A DNA stretch of 64,000 nucleotides from Flectonema sp. DT1601 (lineage: Eukaryota), in the NCBI GenBank assembly GCA_964019425.1, contig OZ025805.1, positions 992,001 to 1,056,000 of the forward strand, given 5' to 3'. Of the stretch, positions 47,576-58,985 are shown one piece after another (within the stretch, counting starts at the first letter, position 1; each line of letters begins with the position of its first letter). The notes beneath the pieces are model-generated. The model saw only the letters and a list, made by a program, of their open reading frames with translations, was not told the origin of the DNA and ran no database searches. The translations under genes were made by a program, and so were the position numbers.

Positions 47576-47918
47576 GGACGGTTTCTCTTTGGCTTAGAAT
47601 AAATTTTCAATGGGGATTTTTTTTTGCATTTAACAAGTATTGTAGGAACGAAAAAGAATGTTGGCAGCAAACGTAAGCCTCCTTTAGCTTTATCAGTTTA
47701 AGTCTTCACGGTTTCGTGCACAAACAAATTACACTCGTCGCTTCCTGACTCTTTCTTTTTTGTTCTTTGTTTTGTCTTTCTTTTTTGCTTTCTTTTGACT
47801 TAAGTCTTGGGGAGGAGGCCTAACTAATTCCCTATTTTACCCAACTGTTTAGTGTTAAAATTATAAAATATGTATAACTTATTTAATTCTTTTCAGCGGT
47901 GGGGACAGGGCCCAAAAA

Positions 47919-49728
47919 ATGATGGCTCGCCAGCAGCAAGGCGGATTATGGTGGAAGATCGCAACAGTTCTCGCTGTGTTGGGTTCGTTTCTAGTATGTG
48001 ATTTATAGTGGAAGTTTCCGAGTCAACAGCGTCCTAAAATGCTTTAAAACAGATTGGAGCACTGGCATACAACTTAGGGTCAATTCACCAGGGAAGCAAA
48101 AACCAGCAAATCGCTGAGTCAGAAACCATGATTAATAATGTATGTTTAGCAATTGTATTAAACTATTTGGAAAAAAAGGTGATACTTTCTCGATTAATGC
48201 GTGTCATCCTTGCGCAGGGACCATGCTAATCTTCTCTGTATCGATCCAATTTTAACGGATGTCCCATTGCTGGGCTCCGAATAACAGACTAGTGACCACC
48301 AAGCAGATCCGAAGATTGGGCCCGACAAAAAAAATGACCCGGGTCGGAATCGAACTGGACAGTTTTATTTACCTAAAACCTGGCTGACTACTCACAAGGA
48401 AAACTTCTCATAAAATATAAAAAACAGGTATTGCGAAAGAAGATGGACATGTGCAATGATCAACTAAAGAGCAAAGTTGACAATGAGAGATGGATTCAAG
48501 AATTGCAAGAAGAGGAAAAGTTAATATCTGCGGAGACAACAATCCTAACTGAAACACTGGATTACCACCGCGATGCGACTGAAAGCTGTGAGTTTGAGAT
48601 AACTGCAAAACAAGAAGATCGTCATGTAATCTCAGATCAGCAAGTACTAATTAACAAACTTGAATTCGAGAACACGATGATGGAATTGAATTTCAACAGT
48701 GTGTTTTGTTTCTATTTACAGTCTCTTGTTCAACCTTGGCTCTGGTTCCCGTGTGAAACTTCTTCTCTAGAAGGAAAGTCTTGTTTAGCTTTATGCTGAC
48801 ACAAAGCAGGAACATGTTAGAAATAATTCTCTCTTATCTGTTTCTCTTTCTCCTTTTCCAACCATCTATTTATAAATTAAAACAGACGTCACGACAAAGA
48901 AATCCGATACTCGTGCTATGCATCGATTGTTTATCAGAGCAATCAGACTTGAGAACGAACTCCTCAGAAGGGAATCGAAGAAGAAGGCGGCTGAAGAAGC
49001 AGCTCTTCAGACAGCAGAGCAAGAACGTGAAGACAGGAGAAAACGTCTTCAAGAAGAGGATAAGGGACTTGGCGAAGTTGACGACCACACCGAAAATGAA
49101 AAACTCTCCAATCTTCAGAAGTCTCTCAACAGTTTAAAGGCTTCTGATATCGATAGGAATTCTGAAAAACAGGTTTGTAAATTACTTTATTTTAATGATA
49201 GTAAGGCACTGTAGAAAGGACGGGTGTATTATTTCTCACCAAACACAGTTCGAGGATGAAGACCCAGATGAATGGAGAGACGAAGCTCCCCCACCAAGCC
49301 GCAAGAGCAGTGAGAAAACAGAAGAAGTTCAGGCTGGGGAAGAAGAACCACCAAAACGTAAACCAAGGAGAAGGAAAAAGAAACCTGCTGGTGAAGAAGT
49401 TGAGGTGGTTGCAGAAGAAGCACCAAAGAGGAGGAGAAAGAAACCTGTTAGTGAAGAAGTTGAGGCCGTTGAGGAAGAAGCACCAAAGAGAAGGAGAAAG
49501 AAACCTGTTAGTGAAGATGAGACGGTTGAAGAAGAAGCACCAAAGCGCAGAAAGCGTCGCAGACGTCAGGAGCCTCAAGGAGAGGAGGAAGCTCCGCCCC
49601 CACGTCGCAGGCGCGCAGTCCCGGCTGAAGATGCCGAGGAGCCTCGTCGTCCTAAAACCGAATCAACTAATGAAGAGGGCGAAGATGCCCCTCGCCCTAG
49701 ACGTCGCCGTCGCAAAAAGGAAGAGTAA
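47919..49728 (+). CDS. Type II membrane coiled-coil protein with acidic/basic repeat tail; hosts U6 in intron 2. join(47919..47993,48053..48139,48428..48698,48886..49172,49249..49728)
   Basis: Four GT-AG introns, all frame-consistent. N-terminal [23 protein letters not shown], then coiled coil, then [12 protein letters not shown] repeats. Confidence 0.8.
48173..48278 (-). ncRNA. U6: U6 snRNA, copy 2 (antisense within intron 48140-48427)
   Basis: Identical to copy 1, offset by 781 bp. Confidence 0.97.
48346..48356 (-). promoter_or_regulatory. B-box-like Pol III element upstream of U6 copy 2
   Basis: AGTTCGATTCC at the same spacing as in copy 1. Confidence 0.6.
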
Positions 49729-50366
49729 TCGGAATTACTTCTCTGCATCATCGCTTCAGAGCAGTTGGTCAAGCAATTGCCTCCCTCAACAACAGGCCGA
49801 AATAGCAAATGCTGACATTGTAAGCTGCTGATCTGAGACGTCTGTTGCTGTCCTGAGAAGTACACGCACTGCGATCATCTCCATGAGATCTCATTAGGGA
49901 ACTAAAGAATAAATAAGACACAAAAAAAGAAAAAAAAAAAAAAGCAAAGAAAGCAAAGAAAAGAAAAGAACGAAGGATGCAAGGAAAAAAAAAGAATTAA
50001 CATGAGATTCAACAGAAATTGCATTACCCTGCGACATTACGCACGGCAATATTCATCTCTGCGTGCTGCCTTCAGTTTATGGTTACAGCTCACTAGTAGG
50101 AATGTGGTTTCAGAAGGGATTCCACCCAAAAGTAAAGATTTTCTGTTAGCTGGAGGCACACCTTTCCTCCATTCTTAGTATTGGATATTAATCAGAGGTA
50201 TTAAAAAAGTGTAGATTTCTTTTATTCTAAATTTCAGGTTTACTTTTCTTTTGTGACTACAATTTTGTACAGCTTCGCAAACAATGGTATCCTTTTATTG
50301 GGAAAAGTATATTAACATCATCCAAAGAGAATTACTGTTCTACCCCCCCGCAAAGTTCTCTTACAA

Positions 50367-50972
50367 ATGTGTCTTAAGGAAACCATCCCCGAGGAAAGAG
50401 CACAGCAAAACCACTACCGCAGAGTACCAGACGAGGTCCTGAGATCTATTGAAATAGAGTTGACAGAACAACACATTCCGGATTACAATCCGTTCAAATT
50501 TGCAGCCTGGAAGCCGTTTAGTAGAAAAGGTGAAGTGTGTGCAGTAAATGAGAACTTAAAAGTTGGTTCCCAGTCAGGTCTTCTTGATGAGCTTCACAAG
50601 GTAATAGTCACGTGTGATAATTCTCCTTTAGCACCAATTCTGTTGGACAAAATTGCTGAAGACAAGGCTTCCCACTACGTATGCCCTGTTCGTGATAGTC
50701 GTGAGAGAATGCTTCCTTTTGTGATTCTAAAGTCAGTAAGAGCTCTTGAAGAAGCCCGTCGTCTAGGCAAACACGTCTACATTCACTGTGTTGCAGGTGT
50801 CAATAGGTCTGCAGCAGCTGCTGTTGCTGTTCTGATGATCGCTTACAGAATGAACATGGGCCAAGCATTTAACGAAGTGGCCAGTGCCTGCGGACCCATT
50901 CTGAACAACCATTTCTTCAGAGCGGAGTTGCAACAACTTGAGAATGTTCTCAAAATGAAAAGTATGATCTAA
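50367..50972 (+). CDS. Dual-specificity protein phosphatase
   Basis: VYIHCVAGVNRSAAAAVAVLM active-site motif, PVRD acid loop, ILNNHFFRAEL. Confidence 0.9.
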   Translation: MCLKETIPEERAQQNHYRRVPDEVLRSIEIELTEQHIPDYNPFKFAAWKPFSRKGEVCAVNENLKVGSQSGLLDELHKVIVTCDNSPLAPILLDKIAEDKASHYVCPVRDSRERMLPFVILKSVRALEEARRLGKHVYIHCVAGVNRSAAAAVAVLMIAYRMNMGQAFNEVASACGPILNNHFFRAELQQLENVLKMKSMI

Positions 50973-51060
50973 AAAAATAAAAAAGATAAAGACAACTTGA
51001 AAAGTCAAGAACGTCCCCCCCCGACTAGCTTTTTTTATAAGAAATGTTCATTTTTATTTT

Positions 51061-51398
51061 TTTTATAAAGATTGTTTATTTCTTGACGAGACTATATAGG
51101 CGAAACCTACACTCTGCCGTATTACATTATACCCTGGTTTTGGTTTCCCAGGGCTCACGATTAATTCAAAACTGAATAACTCGATTCCGTACTGCACTGA
51201 ATGACAACACGGAAAAAGAGACATGTATGCAAATAAGTTAGAAACATTGATTATAATGTAGAGCAAGTACGTCATTTGCAGAGTGTTAGCCTGTATTAAC
51301 ATTTAGTTACTGTCATGAGTTTATTAATTTTATTATTGAGTTCTGATGCAATACAGAGATTTATATTCGTATGAACCTAATCAAACAGTCTGCCCCCT
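51061..51398 (+). mobile_element. ~340-bp structured dispersed element, copy A2
   Basis: Matches 9601-9948. Confidence 0.8.
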
Positions 51399-51569
51399 GC
51401 TAATCCGCGTGGTGTCCCCCTCTCCCTGTGCAAATCTTTTCGTATCGTATCAAGTTTCTCCCTGTGTGGATATTTATGTTCGCCTCTTTTTTAATTTTGG
51501 AGCGGCATGATCGAAAGCAATCTTTCTTTTCCCTCTTTATTTCCAATCCCGTCGACGGGAAGTTTAATT

Positions 51570-51940
51570 GTAGTGACTAGCCAGGCAGGGCATTTTGATT
51601 TACATTAGACAGCTAGGCAAGTGGCGCTCAACTATGTTCACGTGGCCTCCAGTGGTATTATTTATTTATTTGCAGTCATTTACTACGCTGCCGCTGACAG
51701 TCAAGATTGTCGGAGAAATTGTTGTTCCTTTTGAGCTTGAAAATACAGTATCAAATTACCCCCAGCTAAGTTAGAAACATTTAATATAATGTAAAGTATT
51801 TACTTCAATCGCAGAGTGTATACTACACTAACATTACCTTTAGTCACTGTATCTCAGAACTAATGTTAAATTATCGTTATGTTGTTTATGATACAATACA
51901 TTTGTATTTTACGTACAAACTCGAACAGTTAGCCCCCCTC
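51570..51940 (+). mobile_element. Diverged relative (B) of the structured CCCCCT-ended element
   Basis: Shares aagttagaaacatt..tataatgta..gcagagtgt with A and the 100-bp terminal module with 2703-2905. agtgacta 51572-51579 pairs with tagtcact 51841-51848. Confidence 0.6.
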
Positions 51941-53044
51941 CAGCATTTCTTTCTCTGATAGTTTATTTAAAGCATGCGATTTTGTGTGGACAGAATCCAG
52001 TTATAATGATTCATGTCTAATTTGTTGCGTGTTAACCCTTGATTTATTTATCCAAGTCCCCCCATATCTGTTCCAGCGTCCTTAATAGGTGTTGAAGGAC
52101 ATATTACCTCACTGCGTGCAGAGAGATAGTGAGTGATGACAATTTTCGTTGTAACGATGTTATGGGAATTTCCCCCATATCCCTTCTTTGATTAACAACT
52201 ACAAATATTCTTCAGTCAAGTACTTTGATATTAATTTTGTTTTTAATACCTAAAGTTGTTACTGTTTTTACATTGTCAAAGTTTCACCCCCATATCCCGA
52301 TTTTAATTGTAAATTGATTTTTTTTGTGAATAGCACAATCATTACGACTCATCCTTTGTTCAGAAGCTTCGAAAGGTTGATGAGCCAGTCAGTATCAAAA
52401 TATTCGTTCTACGATGTCTGAGTTTTTGATTATGGACAGCACTTTCAGATGAGATGATCGAGTTAGCTCGTTTCTACTTTTCGAAGGTATTTCATAATTA
52501 GTATCTCTCTATAGTAAATGCAATGCTGTTGTCCGTGATGATGTCTTCTCACGGCTCACGGTTGATTGTTTTTTTTTTGTTTTTTTTGTTTCATAACCGT
52601 CATTGATACAACTGCATCAGTGTTTTTCATTCCCAACCCAGTGTGCGCTTAGAGGTCTCTGGCACATGCACACGCACTAATCTTCCGAAGTTGGTGTTGT
52701 CAAGTCTTCTGCTTCTGGTGGCTGAGTTACAAGTCAACTTCGTCATTACCGTTCATTTACCCTTTTCCTCTCTTCGCGATAGCTTCATCTATTAGCAAAC
52801 TTTGACCGACCTTCGGTTTTAAGTTAACTAAGTTCTCACCTTTTACACTTTCTTCCTCGTTTTACACTAAAAAAAATCCTTAAAGCAAGACATTTTCTTG
52901 TTTTTCCTAAATTTCCTATTGTTGTTGTGGTGTAGTTTTTGTGTCTATTTTTCTTTTCAGCAGGTAAAATCATATCCAACTATATCTGTGATGGTTCTCG
53001 GTCTTTTTCCTACGCAATCGTTCAATTCTACAAACAGGATTCAT

Positions 53045-55003
53045 ATGGACTACGACATCATAAATGGGATTTCGACTTTTTTTCAAATATATGATGATTC
53101 AAAAAAAAATCACATAGATCAAATTATTGAAGAAGGTGGGCAAGACGCAGAAGTAATTACTGCTGAGCTGGAAGAGATGTACGGAACGAGATTCTTTAGA
53201 GTTAGAAAACGACTGATTGAGATTGTCTCAGTATTTGAACACACCGAAGACGTTGATAGCATGCTGTTGGCAAACCCGAAAAATGAAGATCAAGTGCTTG
53301 AGAATCTTCTTTCTAACTATGGGGACCCATTAACAGAATACGAAGAATATTTATTGTTCTTCCAACTGTACTGTCCGCATGCAACACAATTGCTTCCTCA
53401 GCAGCTACAACGCTATGCCTCTCGCCTGCCTGATTACAGAATCTCACTCGAAAAGAAATTCGGAACTTCATACTTCTCTGCCTTGGCAGAACTTCAGCAA
53501 ACCTCCAACCTCCGTCCTAAAACACTAAGAGGGATTCTGCAAGCAGCAATTGAGGGTAATGTCTCACTAAGAGATGTAGTTGATGAACATCAAAAGGGTT
53601 TAGCAGGACCATGTAAGGAAAAGCAACCCGACTACGCAAAAACAACAGAGTCTTGGTCTTTGAAACTTACTAGTTTATTTGAGATCTACGCCCCTTCAAA
53701 GCTTCAAAGCATTCCTTATTTGCTGGAGAAGTACTCTGGTCGCGAGCGCGATCTGTGGCGACTTCTTGTAATGAAGTACGGACCTGATCCAGCTTGGGTA
53801 AAGAGAGTAAAACATTATTTACTAATAAACAAGATTGACACAGGCGGAACAGCCGCTGAGCTACTACTTGAGAATGCAGGCGCAGAAAGGGCAGCATTAC
53901 AAAAACTTTTCAGACATCACGGTGTTGACTATGAAGGAAGAGACAAGTCACTGGTTGAGGCTTCATTCCGTGAACCTCCTGCATCAAAAATCCATAAACT
54001 ATGCTATGAATTTGAAGTACCAGTTCCTAAATTCACTTCAGAGGATGCGAACTCTACTTACATCAATCTTGTCCAAGCTCACGGAGTGACACGCTACATT
54101 GCCGAACCACGTAATAAAGATTTTGAGCACCGCGTGGTCAACATTTATGCTTATTATGCTCCCGAGAAGCTGTCAAACATCGCAAAAATATTAGCAAAGT
54201 ATCGTGGGGTAGAGGAACAGCTCATAACTGCTTTGACTGACAAGTATGGTTCCGAACCTTACCCATGCTGGTCTGGAAAACGAGACATTTACAAACAGCG
54301 GTTAACAGCTTTGTATGAAAAGGTTGTGCGAGAGAATGAGTCAATGGACGACAAGCATGTTGATAAGTTGCTTCAGAAATACACGGGGAAGGAAGAAGAA
54401 TTGATAGGCGCAATTCTTAAGAAATATGGGGATCAGCCTTCTGAGTCGTCTGTTATAAACCTCAGGAGATACTACCTTGAATATGAGCCTGAGAATTACC
54501 ACCAAATGTCAACAGAGCTTCGTAAACATGTAGGAAATGAATATGTCCTGGCCCAGAGAATGTACGAAAAGCATGGCAGGCTTTGCGGATTGGTGAATTA
54601 CAGAGGATTGAGAATTCTTGATGACGAGAAGGAAACAGGTGATGTCGCTCTCCTCCTCAATACAAAGGAGAGAATCACCAGATGGAGAGAAGAAGACAAT
54701 GAACGTTCTTCTCGCAGTGGCATAATTCGCAATTTCTTTGAACTTCGTCTACACTTAACAGTGGCGCTGATTACTCAAACAGCCCACAGAACTCTTTTGC
54801 GTTCTCGTTACAAGTTTTGGCTCAAGACACATTACTCCAAATGTGGGAAAGCTCTGCCTGGTGCAGACGGACAATCAAACTGCAGTAGTCACCTTTACCA
54901 AAAGATGACTGCAAATCGCTACAGCACCATGGCTGCGATGCGAGCCTCAAAGTCGATGAATCAAAAGAAAACCAGAAAACGAAGGGGAAGCATGGCAGCA
55001 TAA
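53045..55003 (+). CDS. Protein built of repeated ~45-aa helical modules (Y.PEKL..I..LL.KY.G.EE.L...L..KYG)
   Basis: The module recurs ~8-9 times; the ORF extension upstream of MDYDII looks non-coding. Confidence 0.8.
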   Translation: MDYDIINGISTFFQIYDDSKKNHIDQIIEEGGQDAEVITAELEEMYGTRFFRVRKRLIEIVSVFEHTEDVDSMLLANPKNEDQVLENLLSNYGDPLTEYEEYLLFFQLYCPHATQLLPQQLQRYASRLPDYRISLEKKFGTSYFSALAELQQTSNLRPKTLRGILQAAIEGNVSLRDVVDEHQKGLAGPCKEKQPDYAKTTESWSLKLTSLFEIYAPSKLQSIPYLLEKYSGRERDLWRLLVMKYGPDPAWVKRVKHYLLINKIDTGGTAAELLLENAGAERAALQKLFRHHGVDYEGRDKSLVEASFREPPASKIHKLCYEFEVPVPKFTSEDANSTYINLVQAHGVTRYIAEPRNKDFEHRVVNIYAYYAPEKLSNIAKILAKYRGVEEQLITALTDKYGSEPYPCWSGKRDIYKQRLTALYEKVVRENESMDDKHVDKLLQKYTGKEEELIGAILKKYGDQPSESSVINLRRYYLEYEPENYHQMSTELRKHVGNEYVLAQRMYEKHGRLCGLVNYRGLRILDDEKETGDVALLLNTKERITRWREEDNERSSRSGIIRNFFELRLHLTVALITQTAHRTLLRSRYKFWLKTHYSKCGKALPGADGQSNCSSHLYQKMTANRYSTMAAMRASKSMNQKKTRKRRGSMAA

Positions 55004-55119
55004 CACTGTTCTTTGTTCTGTACCATTTTTGTATCTGTAGATTCTTTTTTTATTTTGTTATTTGAAGCTGTCAAAACTGTTCCTTTTTTTAACCAGGAAA
55101 AAAAGCAGATGTATAAAAT

Positions 55120-55192
55120 TGCTCCGGGCGGGGTTTGAACCCGCGACCCCAGGCTCATAAGACCTGTGCCCTAACCACTAGGCCACCGGAGC
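55120..55192 (-). tRNA. tRNA-Ile(UAU), intronless
   Basis: GCTCCGGTGGCCTAGTGGTTAGGGCA-CAGGT-CTTATGA-GCCTG-GGGTC-GCGGG-TTCAAAC-CCCGC-CCGGAGCA folds as a full cloverleaf with anticodon TAT. Confidence 0.95.
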
Positions 55193-55319
55193 CTCCTTTT
55201 TCCCCGATTTTATTTATTTATTTATTACCCGATTTTTACCCGATTTTTTCATTTCTTGTGTTCCCTATTGGTTACCCTTTTTTTTTTTTTTTGGTTACTT
55301 GTCGGTGCTTCCAGACTCT

Positions 55320-58300
55320 TTTCTTTAAATGTCTGAGCGTTTGCCAATATGACCCTGACGCACTAATGTCGGATCATACACCTATCTTAGCGGACTTCGA
55401 TATCACGACTTTCTCAAACTTTAGCAACTCACCACCACACCGCAAATGGCTCCTCAATCAGTTCCAAGATGCACACTGGACAGCCTTTTCTGATACATTG
55501 GAATCACACACAACACGACTATTAAAGATAAAATCCTTGAAGAAACTCTCAAACAACTTTGTCCATACGGTAGAAAAAGTAGCAATCGCCAAGCTACCCA
55601 ACAAGTGGTGCAAGCCTCGACACAAGGGAAGGGAACGTATCCTAGCTCCTCTATCCCCCAGCCAAGTAGCCTCCCAAGGTTGTGATAAGGGCTTCTCGTG
55701 GACCTACAGAAAAATACGGGAACTCAGGGGTGATAAGACGGCACTTCCAACACCACGAGCTCCAATGACGTCGCTTATAAGCCGTTTCTTCCCAAGCGGC
55801 TCTGACAGTACTAGGCCAGAAGCTCCAAAGGTAAAACCTGGTGACTATGAAACTCCGGAGTGTAGTCCTTTCTCGCAGGAAGAAGCCCGGGCTGTGTTCA
55901 GTTCCCTCAAGAGAACAAACAGTGCAGGACCGGACTCCATCTCGAATAACATGCTTCTACATCTGGGACCGCAAATGATTTTGGTACTCCTTCGTATAGC
56001 CAACTGGTCTCTAAGACGAGGTATCCTCCCCGAGTGTTTCAAAAAGGCAAACGTCATTCCTTTTCTCAAAGGCAATGGAAAAGACCCCTCAGAACCTTCT
56101 TCGTACCGCCCTATTTCAATGACTTCTATTGTTGCAAAATTCATTGAAGCTCTTATCCTTCGCCGATTGGAACACCTATTGGAGGGGAGCTTAGACCCCA
56201 ATCAGTCAGGCTTTGTTCCTGGCAGAACTACGGATGAAAATATTGCGATCTTGGCTAACGCTGCGTCGGAAACCAGACAAGACTTCGAAAAATGTGGCGT
56301 ATTACTCTTCTTTGATATCTCCGGAGCTTTCGACAACGTAAGCCATCGTATATTAGTAGAAAGACTTATCCCGCTGTTGCCCAAACCATATGTACGATGG
56401 TTAGTGGACTTCCTTTCGAACCGTTCAGCGCGGCTTCTTTATGGAAAAACATACTCGAAGAATATTGGTTGTAATAAGGGGGTACCGCAGGGTAGTATTC
56501 TGGGACCTCTCCTTTTCAGGCTGTACGTCGACACACTCCCGCAGTCTGTCACGAAAGCAGACATTAAACTGCTCTACGCTGATGACCTCTCAGTATTTGT
56601 GAGCAGCAATAAGATTGGAGACCTTGAAACCAAGGCCAATGAAGCGATTGGACAGGTAGAAAGCTGGCTCTCTGACTCGAACATGAGTTTGTCGCAGGCC
56701 AAGACCGAATTCCTGGCGATCGGCACTCGATTTGACTCCGGCAAGGGTCTCTGCAGATTCCCTAGGCTGTACCTACCATCAACGAAAAGACTAGAATCCT
56801 TCTCCCAACCGTCGCTCTTGTTGGACAAATTAGACGAAGGTCCTGGCGCTCAGTTAAATTTGGAAAGTGGTCCCGTCTTTCCCTTGACAATGAATGGGAG
56901 AGACGTATCAACTCGAACCGATTTTCGCAGCAGGGTTGGCAAGAAGAAGCTTGACATTTTTACAGCAATACCTATTCGCCGTGTTGAACATGCTCGCTAC
57001 CTGGGTGTGCTGATTGACGATAGACTGACATTCGAACCCCAGCTGAATAAGGTGACTAGCACTATGAAACGGGGAATTGGTCTCTTGAAGATGATCTCAT
57101 CTTTCGAAATTAAAACTGAAGTGCTAAGGCAACTTGTTAACGGCCTTGTACTAGCGAGAGCTTACCACGGACTTGCAGCATATGCACCCTATCTCCGCCG
57201 AGACTCATGGAAACGCGTAGAAACCATACACAGGAAGCTCATGCTTAAGCTAACTGGTTGCTCTTCATCAGCTTCGGTCCAAGCTGTTTCAGTAGAATCC
57301 GACATCCTACCATTCAAACAACACCTGGCTAAATCCATGGCTCTCATCTACGAACGTTACCAACGATACGCAGAGAATGCTCCGACCTGGAGTCTTTTCA
57401 ATGGAGAGGGGGAGGAAGGACGTTGGGAATCCTCAGCAACCCACTTCTCGAAATGCTTCCCGACGCCCAGTGTCAAGTCCAGATTCTACCTGCCTCACCA
57501 TCAGGCTCCTTGGGAACCTCCTCCAAACGTCACGGTTCTGCCTTCAAGGGACTTTCGTAAGTCATCAGACACAGAGCACAACCTAAATTATGCCCTTGCA
57601 TCAATCGAATCCTTGCCACCTGCGATTGCACGTGTTTATACAGATGCTTCTTACTTTGAGGACAAAGATGGGTGTTACCACTGTGGGAACGCTGCGGTCT
57701 TGGTTTTCCGAAATAAATGTTACACGAAGCTACAGCGCTATAACCCCTCTCTGATGATTTACAACGCAGAACAGAGGGCTTTGATCTCGGCTCTGGATAT
57801 CGTCCGCGATAATTCGCCACAACTACCGAACGGCAGGATACACATCATATCCGACAGCCAGTCATCGCTGAGTAGCTTGGCCAAGGGGTACCTCTGCCAG
57901 CATTCGCGCACCAACCACGAGATTCTCAGCCAGATTTCCACCCTGAATCGCCCGTTTACGATGCAGTTTGTACCTTCTCATTGTGGTGTTATTGGAAATG
58001 AGTTAGCTGATAGCCTGGCTTCCAAAGCTGCGTCATCTGAGATACCGCTCACGGAGGTTCCCTTTGACTACCGAATGGCTCAATGTTCAATTGTGAACCA
58101 AGTCAGAAAAGCATGGCTTCGCTCCCGAGATACGCGACACGTCCACAACTTGGCAACATCGTCTGGTAGGGTACAGAAGTTCCATCAGGACCTTTTAAGA
58201 AGTGACGAGATTATTATAGCCCGAGTGAGAACGGGTCATCACGAACTGGTAAAGCTCCCTGCCTTGGGTCTTACTGACTGTCGATTCTGTAATCACACCG

Positions 58301-58821
58301 ACACAGACGCACATCACCTTCTCTCGAGATGTAATGGCGCGAGGATCATAGTGCAGCAATTCTTCCCGGACATCCCGCAATGCGATGACCCGACAAATGA
58401 CGGACAACACCACCATACGTTCTTTGCCACAGAGAATCAGCCGAAACTAGCTGCAATGCTGAAGGACCTGGAGAGCTACCTGCAGAGCTTTCCGCTGCGT
58501 GCGGCCCTGCCGAGACAGTGGTTATTGAGGCATCTTGTTAAATTCTCTAACCTTCCGAAACTCACTTCTCGAGATAAGCTCGAAGTCTTACAAGCCATCG
58601 ATAATGCCTACAATCACACGGTGATCGAGGAAATACACAATTTTCTGTGGACAGTTGAGCTTTTCTGCTATAATGGTATAGAAAAGACTCAATTTACTGA
58701 TCTGCTCAATAAGATCCACTACGCCAACTATGAGCGGATAGAACGGAAGTGGTTCGACTACAAGGTGCGAGGTCCTCCGACTCGGAGTTACATAGATATA
58801 CTATTCAAAATTAATCCCTGA
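55320..58821 (+). mobile_element. 5'-truncated non-LTR retrotransposon (Ingi/I-group-like): APE remnant, RT, RNase H, CCHC zinc finger
   Basis: SDHTPI (end of APE). RT motifs AGPDSI, SYRPISMTS, QSGF, FFDISGAFD, GVPQGSILGP, LYADD, YLGV. RNase H YTDAS, AEQRA, SDSQS, VPSHCGVIGNELAD. Zinc finger CRFC..HHLLSRC. No internal stops. The left boundary is approximate. Confidence 0.95.
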
Positions 58822-58947
58822 AATCATCAACTGTGTTTACTGAGTTATTAAATTCATCTATTTTATTTTATGTTATCTTATATTATTTTATTTTGTTTTA
58901 TTTTTTCATCATAATATCAAGTTTATTTAGTGTTTCAGATTAGAACT

Positions 58948-58984
<37 letters not shown>

Positions 58985-58985
<1 letters not shown>

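Noticed and set aside
47545..47640. Full tRNA gene upstream of U6
   Set aside because: Only a mismatched T-arm and 3' strand are present; there is no D or anticodon arm, and the two copies diverge beyond the B box.
55120..55192. G37 and lack of intron in tRNA-Ile(UAU) as an anomaly
   Set aside because: From recollection, intronless CTTATGA loops occur in other eukaryotes such as plants; there is no evidence of recoding in the ORFs.
55135..55320. N-terminal ~60 aa of the 1228-aa ORF
   Set aside because: It is read-through of the antisense tRNA and a T-run; LINE similarity starts near SDHTPI.
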